A stretch of 64,000 nucleotides of DNA from a virus, in the IMG/VR virus record IMGVR_UViG_3300006923_000013, positions 1-64,000 of that record. The stretch is one strand, 5' to 3'. The notes under the pieces are model-generated. The model saw nothing but the letters and a program-made list of their open reading frames with translations. It did no database searches and was not told where the DNA came from. Shown piece by piece: positions 48,801 to 57,844 of the stretch; position 1 is the stretch's first letter, and every line of letters begins with the position of its first letter. Made by a program: the position numbers and the translations under genes.

Positions 48801-49791
48801 ATATCTTTCTAGGAATTACTATTTCATCTATAGGAACTACAACTTCGTCTTCTGTACGTATAGTAGTAACTTCTATGAACTTATCCTCGTTACTGAATAA
48901 AGGTAAAGGATCTAGCAAATAAGCACTTCCACTATTAGTTCCTGTTCCATCTATATTAGCTACAACAGCCATACGTATATAAGAGAACGAATCGTCAATA
49001 TCTGTCACACGGAATCGGATAGACTTTGCAGTTTTCTCTCCAGGGGAATTACCTTTAATACGTAATTCAGAGTTGGTCACACGGTCATCGTATACAGGTA
49101 CAGGGTGCGTAAGCGTTGTCCAATTTGTAGAGTTAAGATCCCCATCTAAGTACTGCACAGCAACTTGATAACTTCCAGGAGGTAGATCGCCTCCTTCTTG
49201 CAGACTCTCGAATTTTATACAAGGTATATTATAATCGGGCCAGAGTTTCATATTCTCACAATCCCAAACAGATGGATCCGTCCCATCACCCCTCTTCTCT
49301 CCTGGTTTTAGGTAATCTTCCAGTGAAGCTGTATTCAGATGTCGTATATCATTATAATTATCTGTAAAATATATATTTACTTCGCAGCCATTACGTGTAC
49401 GTTGAATAGCTTGTATCTGCTTATGAATTCTAAAATCAAGACAGTTTGAATATACTAATACTTCTGTTTTACAATCTGTTACTCGAAGGATCTTACCTTG
49501 TCCTTCTAATGTAGGGTCAGTAGGTGCTAAGAATAATACAAAATCATTGTCTTTTATATACACACTACCTATAACTGCAAATCTAGGATCTCCCAGATCC
49601 GCGCACGCATAGTTACCCACTTCATTGACAATAGTACCCATGTCTCCATCTTCACTCTCATTTATGGCATTCAATGCCCAACGATAAGTTCCTTCTGGCT
49701 GGTTGCTAGGTACTCCATCTAAAAAAAGCCCCTTGCTGAATGAAGCAGGAGCCTTAGGGGTAGATTTTTTATTTTTACCTTCCTCTGCCAT
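42865..49791 (-). CDS. Tail stabilization / muzzle protein (P22 gp10-like, crAss Tstab), 2308 aa with large insertions
   Basis: FSKGLFLD...QPEGTYRWALNA N-terminus, NRLVLGN, VRHHKFPD, RIAYS, SWTVSYS...WVAWHSYMP, RMRDKY; lies after the ring/tubular gene. Confidence 0.85.
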   Translation of the reverse strand: MAEEGKNKKSTPKAPASFSKGLFLDGVPSNQPEGTYRWALNAINESEDGDMGTIVNEVGNYACADLGDPRFAVIGSVYIKDNDFVLFLAPTDPTLEGQGKILRVTDCKTEVLVYSNCLDFRIHKQIQAIQRTRNGCEVNIYFTDNYNDIRHLNTASLEDYLKPGEKRGDGTDPSVWDCENMKLWPDYNIPCIKFESLQEGGDLPPGSYQVAVQYLDGDLNSTNWTTLTHPVPVYDDRVTNSELRIKGNSPGEKTAKSIRFRVTDIDDSFSYIRMAVVANIDGTGTNSGSAYLLDPLPLFSNEDKFIEVTTIRTEDEVVVPIDEIVIPRKIYQKAKTIAQIKNRLVLGNVSENEIKHDLFQKAAQDIQITYATTTVSAEDANKDSVQSGEYYFTYRTHMRDEIAALAVVWVFKDGSETFGYHIPGRKKNEGADGGALIQEGDYNNPIANNYVSAVKAEHNRAPALNGWDTSIIVSSTNYADTKDINTHHYLNNTIDGTGDIERWEVYNTAIRTQQYTDTAAGSYVTKGEMAYYECRSDRYPDSRDCKGLPVYPYSKRNPATSILDPITAVEQDSIDNAWEQMHNGTGNGFYFQPVTNLKLAAFTMDKVRHHKFPDTTLEPHQYGDRNITNGKIDEFYNIPSYVYEASGPKTVSMGFEATNVKPPEEYAHLVQGFKIVQAKQEIKDKTVIDKGIAYYNHFAFKMFHGKNLPSGPFFGACTWMQQGNYFNKHISSFACAHGGHRDVNIAGFGDTPEVSLFGGGDDGQTSIAGHSVYDITFGSGSLFGSGNPISSGFVASYGIGGGVGNTVGEAESCLNCTNESKKKSALTHMLVQNNQWDKWFKGRDPLITVGLGLGTLPSALYALSRPRVASDWFEFGNGYPSAAWGWGRPAHPNDSCPDGDQSPEGINIGYDTDIIVYPNASMSYHGPLSKFGTIEGVDYIKVERVLIGYTWNIVCNTACCHNDGIEGAHRQSTDTYVGLGLTGQTNEYDSSDIPSNYDLHNDNTGGSGIGNPINGRDDNGTTYIYSRASYQHSVVPYSNINDGVRTMYDMGATPDPAGIVSTAEGNGPKPRDAWNSTTYPIYGYPLSNIRVDDFVKVEAFEKVFLETFGDAPFDNNTAMECMPISFKSKEYSDREQEWFRVPYPGNNPGFNNHFTVAGNTVNNEWGATNQFQCPLDSSFSLSTCDRLEDNVSGEFCESDDGTNKRGRITAYYVSLKKNAYNAYGNVSSLVYLPTHTCVIKVQQNNPYKSINTGPLFGGNSFVSRFAFKHTQFNARCARRVVKAEDAESGGAKSDCTERKRFWSQMGDSYGNPNVLYASAPLYLPPHPNKTVYEDVQGRHQKRHGIFNHISWYWTESYINTELRLGTQEPGKWFYPYHFEGGASYGALSFVDEPGYFRSGSQEGPTFLNEDTESEGEDAQTFKMNPDYNAYNNSNIYSAIPIQYDFCSECKETHPYRIAYSEQSFQEEQKDNYKYFLTNNYRDIPAHRGVVWNMFQYRNSLFVNTEESLWRVEPARNLLNTDTSTVYIGTGDFFSEEIQELVEGDTGFLGSQSQWAVLINAMGVSWPDVRHKKIFNLEKSPKDLSAMGIKNWSQKNMELGIYNQYQEIYDAPFPLIDNPANPAGAGYIAAYDGRHNRMVFTKRDYLLRAPFDTTDTSSAYYQALKIGEDSGSWELHGAGEDCQCIEDAELKAASPSTYVVTAETDDEGNTVCAHTYTITEGRPIGVDDDIYFFYGMQGMTWETAESINAQALTWIEEQRAVGGVLELWEGKDFHVPLGITTEKAWLEYMKLAMGTTTSLADIVAVPGGSSFIMKDPAYYGEVWGTYVSPGALAVVLQNDASVRYHDGTSVPNTVPTAEYTADFDSFVLKHAFYTSANRRFEALIYPVPETTTGLTQANKQFIQHLFAAVNGPETLSSAIHPVTLQPDEAGNSAQVGVPAGEIIDLTAATVSTGYTDAGLRSYGVSAVYDKRSSTDFTTGAFLNEIQEFISTLGNKLMSTDYKVITKCKYNLLGNSQTCISCIDEDVEVTIPLQLRRLHHDDTPIPTWTGKMSDIFECKSWTVSYSMMAGSWVAWHSYMPNYYVSSKDFFLSGMNQVLPERAQLTTWKHAIAPKHDNYQSFYGCIHPHAIDMATGLGPSAVTIAENLQFMTDASMYNVDTEQYVDSRYITHDSGYLYNSYQITDYLNFVVKDTDIQNMAVTSITENYNSCILDRKERTWKMNGFRDLAIDRHIASPPSLFTSAWSDISGSYYTDKVINPNAVSQTKDWFEQARMRDKYLGIRLFFSNLASPGKHRLVTNFLYGINQISPR

Positions 49792-50723
49792 TATATAATG
49801 GAATTACTAAAGTTAAGATGTTCACTGGAACTCATGTTCCCGAAGAAACCGTAGTAGCTATTCTGCTGAGGTATCAGCCTAACTCTTTGCTGTTTAAGGT
49901 TCTCAAGTTCATCTATAGTTTTAGGCATATTAGCTTTACCTCTTGCCTGTTGACAGTACCAATGCCAGTCATCTTCTAGCTTGGCAAATATAGTAGGATT
50001 AAGTAATCCTTGAAGAAATTCTGCATATTTTACCTTATAGATTATATACTTCTTAATAGCTTCAATATAACTGACCTCATCAGGTATCATAGGATACCCG
50101 CGCTCATCTAGAGCCTGCCCTACAAAAGCAAGACATATATACCCACTTTTAAAGTCTGTACGTAAATATGGATGATCTACTGAATATTCGTGCTCACATG
50201 TAGAAGATAAATTAACACAATTTTCACAGTGCATCCCTTTAGCTTGGGAAAAGTGACTTCCTGCTAGGCGTAAAGGTCTAAAATTATTATAGTAGTACGG
50301 AGTCTGAGAAAATGCACCTGGTTTGTAGTATTCTAAAAACAATGAAGCATTAGATATAAGTTGCGAAGTATGCGTACATAGATCAGTACATGTTTCAGTA
50401 TCACAGCTTACGCATGCACCTGTAGTACAGGTAGTAGCAGTCGAATCGCAGGTAGTAAGAGCAGAAGTAGTAGAAGGGGCGCCTTCTGTAAATTTATATG
50501 CTATTTGTACTATTCTATGCAATCCACAAGGAATAAGAGCTCTATAATCGTCTACACGTATGTATTCGACCTTCTCGTCCATTTGTGTGTATGCGCCTAT
50601 AAACTCTAGAGCTTCCCCAGCCCATTCAACCATGTCAGACTCATTGAGTTCAATAGAAGGACTAAGATCTCTATAAAGACCTGCTAAAACTCTTTCTATA
50701 CTTGTAAGCTTTACCTGACTCAT
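49791..50723 (-). CDS. Tail tubular / ring protein (crAss Ttub-like)
   Basis: EWAGEALEFIG, YLRTDFKSGYICLAF, GYPMIPD, WHWYCQQA; conserved position before the muzzle gene. Confidence 0.8.
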   Translation of the reverse strand: MSQVKLTSIERVLAGLYRDLSPSIELNESDMVEWAGEALEFIGAYTQMDEKVEYIRVDDYRALIPCGLHRIVQIAYKFTEGAPSTTSALTTCDSTATTCTTGACVSCDTETCTDLCTHTSQLISNASLFLEYYKPGAFSQTPYYYNNFRPLRLAGSHFSQAKGMHCENCVNLSSTCEHEYSVDHPYLRTDFKSGYICLAFVGQALDERGYPMIPDEVSYIEAIKKYIIYKVKYAEFLQGLLNPTIFAKLEDDWHWYCQQARGKANMPKTIDELENLKQQRVRLIPQQNSYYGFFGNMSSSEHLNFSNSII

Positions 50724-50725
50724 TT

Positions 50726-51130
50726 TTATTCATGTATTAGTGCCCACTCAATGATAACATCAACATTATTTACCGCTACATTAATATCTTCCGTTCCATT
50801 CCAAGGAATAAATGCCCACTCTCCATCATATACTCGTGCAAGTACAATAGAGCTGCCTGCTATAGTTCCTATTGTAATCTCTACATAGCGTGTAGCGGTT
50901 GTAGATGTATTATGAAAGAAAAGCCAATTAGACGTATCGGAAGTATAATCCGCTCCATCTATAAGGAGAGTCTCTGCAGTACTTGCCATTGTTTGCCGTC
51001 TCAGTCCTGTAGTGTGTGTTACTCCTGTAGTTGATGCTGCAGCGTTAAGTTCGAATGTCTTTGATATAGACATTACATCAGAGACAAGATCTGAACTTGA
51101 TAGTGTGATTCGTGCGTTAGTAGTTGCCAT
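50726..51130 (-). CDS. Small beta-rich structural protein, paralogue 1 of 4
   Basis: LSSSDLV...ISKT, FFHNT and DGEWAFIPW motifs shared with 53367, 53796 and 58407. Confidence 0.75.
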   Translation of the reverse strand: MATTNARITLSSSDLVSDVMSISKTFELNAAASTTGVTHTTGLRRQTMASTAETLLIDGADYTSDTSNWLFFHNTSTTATRYVEITIGTIAGSSIVLARVYDGEWAFIPWNGTEDINVAVNNVDVIIEWALIHE

Positions 51131-51136
51131 AATGTT

Positions 51137-51571
51137 TTATCTAAAATATTCTACTGCATTGTCTTTCAACAATTTAGCCAGCGTTCTTTTATTTTTTCGT
51201 ATCGGTGTGAATGAGTAGGCGCTCTTGTTTTTAAATCTAGCTTTATGTTTATGCCAAAACCATTTGTAATAAAACTCGTCTGTGTGGAAGTTTAGATGGT
51301 AGACCTTTACATTACTTTTCTTAGTAGTAGCCCAGTCAACCCTTCGTTGCTTACTCGCAGGTATTTTCTTTATGCGTATCGAACCTAGCCCACCGAATAA
51401 GTTAAATTCATAGGTGGTATTAAGTATTTTATCAGATATATATTCATTGAATCCTAAACATATCTGTCTGTATAGTTTATAGTCTATACTAAAATCTATA
51501 TCCTTCTTATTCTCTTTAGCATACTCTTTGTATGCATCCTTAATAGTCTTACTGTTCTTTTTTACAGCCAT
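51137..51571 (-). CDS. IHF/HU-like basic DNA-binding protein of the crAss tail module
   Basis: Basic; helix-helix then EFNLFGGLGSIRIKK, matching the HU/IHF 'L.GFG.F' strand; conserved position. Confidence 0.7.
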   Translation of the reverse strand: MAVKKNSKTIKDAYKEYAKENKKDIDFSIDYKLYRQICLGFNEYISDKILNTTYEFNLFGGLGSIRIKKIPASKQRRVDWATTKKSNVKVYHLNFHTDEFYYKWFWHKHKARFKNKSAYSFTPIRKNKRTLAKLLKDNAVEYFR

Positions 51572-52272
51572 TATTGTTTTCTTTGTGCTGGTGCTCGTTG
51601 CTTATCTTCCCTAGCGTCATTTTCATCATCGCCAGGCATTACTTTAAAAATCTGTATTAATTCTTGAGAGGCCATCTGAACCATAGCATCTACTAAGTGT
51701 TGATCTATTTTGAACTCTACTTCGTAAGGCTCTATACAATCTCCAGAACCACATCCTTCTATTAGTTTAACTGCGAGCGGGTCTTCAAAGACACCACCTA
51801 CAGTTACGAATTTAAGAAGTGTTCCTGCTTGCACAAGATACAAGTATTCGTTCTTAATTAAGTAATCAGGTACATCTGCAGTATACTTATTACCAGATTT
51901 ATATCGCCTTTTAACGACATTGGTTTTAGAATACACTGTATCACCGTCTAAATTTGTCACAAACTCCAATTCAGGGCCTATGAACGATTGTATTGGTTTT
52001 GGTAGCTTTTCCTTTGATCGAAGTGCCCTACATCCAGGAGGAACAGGACAAGGGCATTCTCGTGAACCTATTGGTATAAGTTCTAAACATCCTATAGTCT
52101 GAACTATCCAATCAGATACCTGACGTTTCTTATCTATCTCACGCTTTGCAAGCAGTGTACGTACAGATACCATTTTAGCATAAATATGACGATCAGAGAG
52201 ATCACTGTCATCTGAGGCTACACCTTTGTTGTACAAAGCTCGTATACGTGCTATACCTTCTCCTATCAGCAT
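51571..52272 (-). CDS. Putative tail ring/adaptor protein
   Basis: SDDSDLSDRHI...QTIGCLEL...RSKEKLPKPI...GVFEDP pattern of crAss ring proteins. Confidence 0.7.
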   Translation of the reverse strand: MLIGEGIARIRALYNKGVASDDSDLSDRHIYAKMVSVRTLLAKREIDKKRQVSDWIVQTIGCLELIPIGSRECPCPVPPGCRALRSKEKLPKPIQSFIGPELEFVTNLDGDTVYSKTNVVKRRYKSGNKYTADVPDYLIKNEYLYLVQAGTLLKFVTVGGVFEDPLAVKLIEGCGSGDCIEPYEVEFKIDQHLVDAMVQMASQELIQIFKVMPGDDENDAREDKQRAPAQRKQ

Positions 52273-53108
52273 TATCCTTTCTTTTTATAATTATGGAGCT
52301 GTCCTCTACCTTCTAACCTTTTTTCTCCTGCTTCGCTTTCTTTATCTGTCTCTCTTTTTCGCCTCGGTCTATACTCGTAGTTATAGTTTTCATAAATTTC
52401 TGTAGTACTGGCTACAAGTTTCGGATCTTCGTAATCGAACAGTATCCTATCGGTCTCTATTACTGTATGCGGTTGAAGTATAAAATTCAAATAATCAAAA
52501 CAGTTATGTACAACTAATGTAGTAGCCGTAGTGTTTCCTGAATTTAGAAGCAAGTCCATATTCTGAGCGCACTCAGAATTAATTTGGAAGTACTTAATAT
52601 CATCTATATTAACTACATAATCACTAGTAATAGAATTTACTAAAGCTTTCTTGTATACAGTAGTAAAACTTACAGAAGTATATACATCTTCTGTCTTTTC
52701 TACTCCTGATACATAACTTTCTGCTATACGATCCACTATTGCATCAAATGCCTCGTCATAAGGAGTATACGGTTTAACAGTCATAGAAGTATCAGAAGCT
52801 CGATCTATTACCTCCAATTCTTCAAGAACTACCTCGTATTGAGCACTATGCTTCATTGGCGCAGGTGGATCTACTTTTATACTCGAATATACATCATATA
52901 GAGTAGAATCTGTACACAATTGAATAACATCTCCGTTAGCAAGTTCTGTAGTAAAAGAAGTATCTATTCCCGTTATAGTAACTACGCCATATGTAGTTGA
53001 AGTAATTCCTGTTTCTGGAGCTATTTCCCTATCATCAATAGAAGTTATTGAAAACGAACTACCTGACAATTTAGTCTTTGAAGCTTCAAAACGTACGAAT
53101 CTAGACAT
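52272..53108 (-). CDS. Hypothetical structural protein (278 aa)
   Basis: ORF track; VTITGIDTSFTTELANGDVI resembles a tail-fibre segment. Confidence 0.65.
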   Translation of the reverse strand: MSRFVRFEASKTKLSGSSFSITSIDDREIAPETGITSTTYGVVTITGIDTSFTTELANGDVIQLCTDSTLYDVYSSIKVDPPAPMKHSAQYEVVLEELEVIDRASDTSMTVKPYTPYDEAFDAIVDRIAESYVSGVEKTEDVYTSVSFTTVYKKALVNSITSDYVVNIDDIKYFQINSECAQNMDLLLNSGNTTATTLVVHNCFDYLNFILQPHTVIETDRILFDYEDPKLVASTTEIYENYNYEYRPRRKRETDKESEAGEKRLEGRGQLHNYKKKG

Positions 53109-53367
53109 CTTTTTTCTTTACTGTTTTTGCTATGTCGTCTTTAAGCTCCTTGTAGCTTGCGTCTACATACTTTCTTACTTTCTCCTCCCCCTTAGCAGCA
53201 AGTTCCAATTTTTCATCTGCGTCCATATTAATATGAACGCGCTTAACACCTTTCATAGTCACTGCTACCTCTCCGCTATATGTTTTACCAAATTGCGCAT
53301 CAGTACGTGCTTTCTCACATAACATACATCTATGCGAAGGTTCAAACCCGTGTTCGCAGCTCGCCAT
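53101..53367 (-). CDS. Small protein with an N-terminal C-x-H...C-x2-C possible Zn finger
   Basis: MASCEHGFEPSHRCMLCEK. Confidence 0.65.
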   Translation of the reverse strand: MASCEHGFEPSHRCMLCEKARTDAQFGKTYSGEVAVTMKGVKRVHINMDADEKLELAAKGEEKVRKYVDASYKELKDDIAKTVKKKDV

Positions 53368-53771
53368 TATGTTAACTCTGCTATGAAGAAGTTACAATAG
53401 CCTGTTCCCGATGCAGTAGATACTGTCAACGTGGAATTGGCGCCTCCATTGTAGGGCATAAAACAGAACTCACCAGGAGCAATATCAAGTATCGCTGTAC
53501 CTTCATCGCTTACGATTATGTTCGCATCTGCAGCAGCCGCTCCCGCGATAGCTCCAGTGTTTTTTACGTATACAAGGGCTCTATCGTCTATACCTCCATC
53601 GATCTCTGTATTGATTGTAATCGCAGTAGTACTAACAGCAAGTTGACCAGACTGAGCTACGTTAGCGTTTGCATCGCTAGCTGTGCTTATATCCTTGGTT
53701 TCACTTATTTTTAGTATATACGGTAGTACATCAGTACTATCGACAGTAAGCTTTACTTTTATAGTTGCCAT
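53367..53771 (-). CDS. Small beta-rich structural protein, paralogue 2 of 4
   Basis: VDSTDVL, YVKNT, APGEFCFMPY. Confidence 0.75.
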   Translation of the reverse strand: MATIKVKLTVDSTDVLPYILKISETKDISTASDANANVAQSGQLAVSTTAITINTEIDGGIDDRALVYVKNTGAIAGAAAADANIIVSDEGTAILDIAPGEFCFMPYNGGANSTLTVSTASGTGYCNFFIAELT

Positions 53772-53795
53772 CTCTATCTATTTATATTATTAGTA

Positions 53796-54272
53796 TTATG
53801 CGTCCATCAACCAGAAGAAGACCGAAGCAGTTGTTGTTTGTGCTGCTGTTGCGCAGCTTAATTCTAATCTCAAGTGATCCCGAGTAGCATCTGAATCCAT
53901 AACTCCATCATCGAAGTTATAGAGAGCAAATTCTCCTGGTTTCAGTGTTCCCAACGGTTCTGGAGTTAATCCGCCGCCTGTAGCAGTAAAATCATCCAAA
54001 TGTCGTACAGTAAGATCATACGTAGCTCCAGTGTTCTGCACAAAGTAGAATACTCTACCTACGAGATCATTAGGCTCCAGATTGGGTGGTACAAAAACAC
54101 CACTGCCTGCTGCAGCTTGAGGAACTGTGTAATTCTGTAACTGCGCTACGTCTCCTGCAGTAGTACCAGGCACACTAAGTGTCATGGTCTTACTCATAGA
54201 GAGATTCGAAGGAAGCACGTCAGTACTTGAAAAAGAAATCGTACATTTTAATGTATTATCACCTTTTGCCAT
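53796..54272 (-). CDS. Small beta-rich structural protein, paralogue 3 of 4
   Basis: FSSTDVL, FVQNT, KPGEFALYNF. Confidence 0.75.
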   Translation of the reverse strand: MAKGDNTLKCTISFSSTDVLPSNLSMSKTMTLSVPGTTAGDVAQLQNYTVPQAAAGSGVFVPPNLEPNDLVGRVFYFVQNTGATYDLTVRHLDDFTATGGGLTPEPLGTLKPGEFALYNFDDGVMDSDATRDHLRLELSCATAAQTTTASVFFWLMDA

Positions 54273-54273
54273 T

Positions 54274-55548
54274 TTATTTTTCTTTTATTATTTCGTTTAA
54301 ATTTACTTGAAAGTGTCCTTTATAACCACTTTCTTTTCCCCAAAAATATCCCTGTCCTGCACGTATGTTTCCTACATACCCTTTTGAGTGGTGCCAAGAA
54401 TCTGTTCCGCATAGAGAAGGAAGTACCCTTACTACTGTTCCGAAATTTTCATCTATATCCACCCAAGACATTGATTTACGTTTGTGGAAGTGTCCAACAT
54501 GCCATTCTGTAAACTTAGCTTCCGCCCAGTCCTCAGATCGTTCTCTTGCCATAATTAATGGAAGATCAGCATGTTTTTCTTGATTGCCATGAGTGAATCC
54601 TAATAGATTCGTACCATAGCGGTAATACTTACGTGGAGACATTGAGTTGTCTACTGTAACTTCTTTGCAGTTGTTATACCAACATTGAAGAGCGTCTCCT
54701 AAGTAGAACGTGCGTTCATAATCATGATTTCCTGGTATTACCAGAACATCAACTGGTGCTACAAGTCTTAGCCTATCTATTACCTTAACAAGCATTTCTC
54801 TGCACTTTATAAACGATTGTTGCCATACTACATCATCCTGCTGGGGTGTCCCTTTGGTTGTTGTCATGGCAAGTCCATCTGTATTCAGCATATCGTTTCC
54901 TATCGGTACTAATATCCTATCTATTGCAAATAATTGCGAATAGATCAATAATTTCTCAATAGCCTTTTCAAATAACATAACTGCTACATCTGTACTGTAA
55001 GGTTCTCCAACCTCTTGTTTCATTGCTAGTTTCCCTATATGAAGATCAGGTAAACATAATTCATATACTACTGGTTCTGTATCCTTACTTTGCTTTGGAT
55101 ACTTTACAGGTTTATATTCAGGCGAATGTTTAAGTGCCTCTTCAATGAACTCCTCCCGTATTTTCTGTCGAACTTCTGCAGATTGATCAAAAACAGCTCT
55201 TACAGCATATTTCGTATCATCCTTGAAATCCTGCCAAGAAGAAACCCTGAATGATTTTACGTCCCAATAATCAATATTGATTCCTGCTACATCAATCAGG
55301 TCTTCTATACTTGTAATCGAAGCAGCCGAGTAATCAATGACACTATTGCCATTTTCATCCTTGGTTACTTTCGGTAACGTAGAAGGGATTCTGGCGACTT
55401 TTAACTTCCGCCAGATCCTTCTAACTTTTTCTGGGCACGTTTGCCCGTTTATATCTACTATGCCAAACTGGTTGGCCAGATCTTTATAAGAAAGGTCTTT
55501 ACCATTCTTAATCAAGTAATCTTTTAGTGATCTTATATTTACTTCCAT
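54274..55548 (-). CDS. Calcineurin-like metallophosphoesterase with an N-terminal HTH-like region
   Basis: PDLHIG, GNDMLNTD, PGNHD, FTHG and GHFH motifs. Confidence 0.88.
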   Translation of the reverse strand: MEVNIRSLKDYLIKNGKDLSYKDLANQFGIVDINGQTCPEKVRRIWRKLKVARIPSTLPKVTKDENGNSVIDYSAASITSIEDLIDVAGINIDYWDVKSFRVSSWQDFKDDTKYAVRAVFDQSAEVRQKIREEFIEEALKHSPEYKPVKYPKQSKDTEPVVYELCLPDLHIGKLAMKQEVGEPYSTDVAVMLFEKAIEKLLIYSQLFAIDRILVPIGNDMLNTDGLAMTTTKGTPQQDDVVWQQSFIKCREMLVKVIDRLRLVAPVDVLVIPGNHDYERTFYLGDALQCWYNNCKEVTVDNSMSPRKYYRYGTNLLGFTHGNQEKHADLPLIMARERSEDWAEAKFTEWHVGHFHKRKSMSWVDIDENFGTVVRVLPSLCGTDSWHHSKGYVGNIRAGQGYFWGKESGYKGHFQVNLNEIIKEK

Positions 55549-55600
55549 ACTTTATAAATTAATTAAACTTCTGCGTTATGCGATTGGTTTAATTAATCCA

Positions 55601-56152
55601 TTATGCGAATGGTGTAGCTAATACTCCGTCTCCTTGAAGCGTTCCTGAAATATGTATCCTATTTGCTGCAGTTATCTTAATATCTAAGAATCCCCCAACA
55701 AGTCGCCCTTTAGTATCAGCATCTGCGACCAATTGATCATCATCTGAAATATCAGGTGCAAACCACTCTACCACGTCCGCAGTATCAGTATCAAGAATTG
55801 TAACTCCGCCCTCAAAGAGATCGGCAGTACGTCCTGCTGCAAGTGTGAATGTGCCTGTAAAGGTTGTCTTAATAGCAATACGACAATTGAAACCTACATT
55901 AGCTGCAGTTGCTTCTGGTAATGTTACCGTCATACCTGCTGCCAGGTTCAAATTGAAGAATGCCCCGTCTTTATTGGAATCGATAATATACGTAGCTGCA
56001 GTTACCTCGATAACTTCATCTGTATCGTCTCCGCAACAAAATACCTGGTGCTCTAACTTATCTAATCTGTTTAGAAGAACATTTATTCCTGAGCTGTAAA
56101 AGCCGCCCTTCTTCTTACTTGGGTTTCCATTATATGGTGATCTCTGTGACAT
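55601..56152 (-). CDS. Putative fibre/decoration protein (183 aa)
   Basis: GAFFNLNLAAGMTVTLPEATAANVG motif typical of phage fibre beta domains. Confidence 0.65.
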   Translation of the reverse strand: MSQRSPYNGNPSKKKGGFYSSGINVLLNRLDKLEHQVFCCGDDTDEVIEVTAATYIIDSNKDGAFFNLNLAAGMTVTLPEATAANVGFNCRIAIKTTFTGTFTLAAGRTADLFEGGVTILDTDTADVVEWFAPDISDDDQLVADADTKGRLVGGFLDIKITAANRIHISGTLQGDGVLATPFA

Positions 56153-56222
56153 AATTTTATTATTTTTAGTTATTAATTATTTTTATAAAGCTACTAATTA
56201 TTTAGTTACTTTTTATATTCTT

Positions 56223-56849
56223 TTATTTAAACCTCTCAAATCCGTACGCTATCATATTAAACGAGTCTGCATTGGTTGCATCATCGCGTACTCTGAGAAT
56301 CACTTTCTGGTCTGTTCCTTCATCTACTTTTACTCCATATGGAAGACCTAATTTGGTCATGTCCATTGACATAATATACCCATAATCGTTATTTGCATTC
56401 ACATGGCGTACTTCCCAAGCTGTAGGAATTATCTGAAAAGATAATCTGAACATATCTTGATTGGTCTTTATTGCATCATGTATATCAACTTCTCCTTTTA
56501 TAGACTCGTAAAATAGTCTACACCCATTCGCCAGTGCTGCTCCATCTGCAAACAAGTATGGTTTGGCTGTTCCTCCGTACCCTACAAGTATGTTTATCGT
56601 AGTTATATACCTATCGTAATTCTCAACTGCTGGGATATAAAAGTCTACATTCGTAGAACTCCCATCAACTCCCATATCATTAGAACCCGAAGCTGTACCA
56701 TCAGTAGTAAGATACTGTCTGAAGGGTCTTACCTTTTGAGGTTTGAATGGAGGCCAAGGAGAAGCAATTACAGTGTCTTCACCGTCTTTGGTGATTTCTG
56801 ACTTGTAGTCTCCTCCTTTACCATTCTTTATTGTAACCTCTAAACCCAT
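56223..56849 (-). CDS. Hypothetical beta-rich structural protein (208 aa)
   Basis: ORF track; N-terminal IKNGKG motif shared with the next gene. Confidence 0.7.
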   Translation of the reverse strand: MGLEVTIKNGKGGDYKSEITKDGEDTVIASPWPPFKPQKVRPFRQYLTTDGTASGSNDMGVDGSSTNVDFYIPAVENYDRYITTINILVGYGGTAKPYLFADGAALANGCRLFYESIKGEVDIHDAIKTNQDMFRLSFQIIPTAWEVRHVNANNDYGYIMSMDMTKLGLPYGVKVDEGTDQKVILRVRDDATNADSFNMIAYGFERFK

Positions 56850-57406
56850 TAGCTAAAGCCTACTTCCTCATAATGAAACACCATATCGATCTCGCATAAT
56901 CCAGTTGTACCTGTATCGTATTCAAGCATAATGGCTTTATTCGGCGGGATAATTAAACCTCCCCCAAAATCCATCATCGCTGCACCTAAGGCCTGAGTTC
57001 TATGACTCCCAAGTTGTTCGTGAACTGTAAGCCCTGTAATGGTAGCTCCACCACCCATGCAAGTTGCTTCTGCTTGCCTCCCTGAGCCAAGATTTAGATT
57101 TGAAGGAGTGATAACTGTTCCTCCTGCCGCAGTTCCTTCAACTCTCCACGCCTTCCAATGTACAGCTTCAACTGAATGAAATTCTACATGGTTGACCATT
57201 AAATTCTTATCTGCTGATGTATTCTTGAGGTACAGCACATATTCTCCTGCTGCTGCACTAAATGATGGCATAATAGCATTGAAGGCCAATCCGTTATCTC
57301 TACTTACGTAGAATAATCTGTTTTTCGTTTTAGAAGATACATTGCCTCGTTGTGCAGCAGAGACTGACATATCACCATTTTTACCTTTACCGTCTTCTAT
57401 TTTCAT
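56849..57406 (-). CDS. Hypothetical beta-rich structural protein (185 aa)
   Basis: ORF track; N-terminal IEDGKG; TAATG coupling. Confidence 0.7.
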   Translation of the reverse strand: MKIEDGKGKNGDMSVSAAQRGNVSSKTKNRLFYVSRDNGLAFNAIMPSFSAAAGEYVLYLKNTSADKNLMVNHVEFHSVEAVHWKAWRVEGTAAGGTVITPSNLNLGSGRQAEATCMGGGATITGLTVHEQLGSHRTQALGAAMMDFGGGLIIPPNKAIMLEYDTGTTGLCEIDMVFHYEEVGFS

Positions 57407-57418
57407 TGTATTTTGTAT

Positions 57419-57844
57419 TTACTGTTCAATGTCAGATTCTATTATTTCATCTCCTAATATGTTACGTAGATATTTATTGTTTATTCTAAGTAACATGTTT
57501 TGTTCTTTTGCCAAACCTACAAGGGTTAACGTTGCAAGTAATGTTGGATCTAAAGCGTTACTTACTGTTGGTACATAAGGTTCTGCTGGATTATTACCAT
57601 TATAAATGTATGTATAGATCTGATCTACAAGATCTTTAGCATCTGTATAGGTAGGAACAGTTACACATGTATAATCTGTACATAATATCTGTTGTCCCTC
57701 ACTTTCAATATAAAGAATGCCATCTTTAGCGTATACCTTCATAGTGTCATTATAAGAATAGGTATTCACTATATTATCCGTTGCATTATTTATAAGCAAG
57801 TAGGATACACCGTCCTCTATTCTATAATCTTTACAAGTAGCCAT
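57419..57844 (-). CDS. Hypothetical protein (141 aa), paralogue of 57831..58064 with a C-terminal extension
   Basis: Shares KV...G...VTVP...D.K.LV..I..Y. Confidence 0.7.
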   Translation of the reverse strand: MATCKDYRIEDGVSYLLINNATDNIVNTYSYNDTMKVYAKDGILYIESEGQQILCTDYTCVTVPTYTDAKDLVDQIYTYIYNGNNPAEPYVPTVSNALDPTLLATLTLVGLAKEQNMLLRINNKYLRNILGDEIIESDIEQ

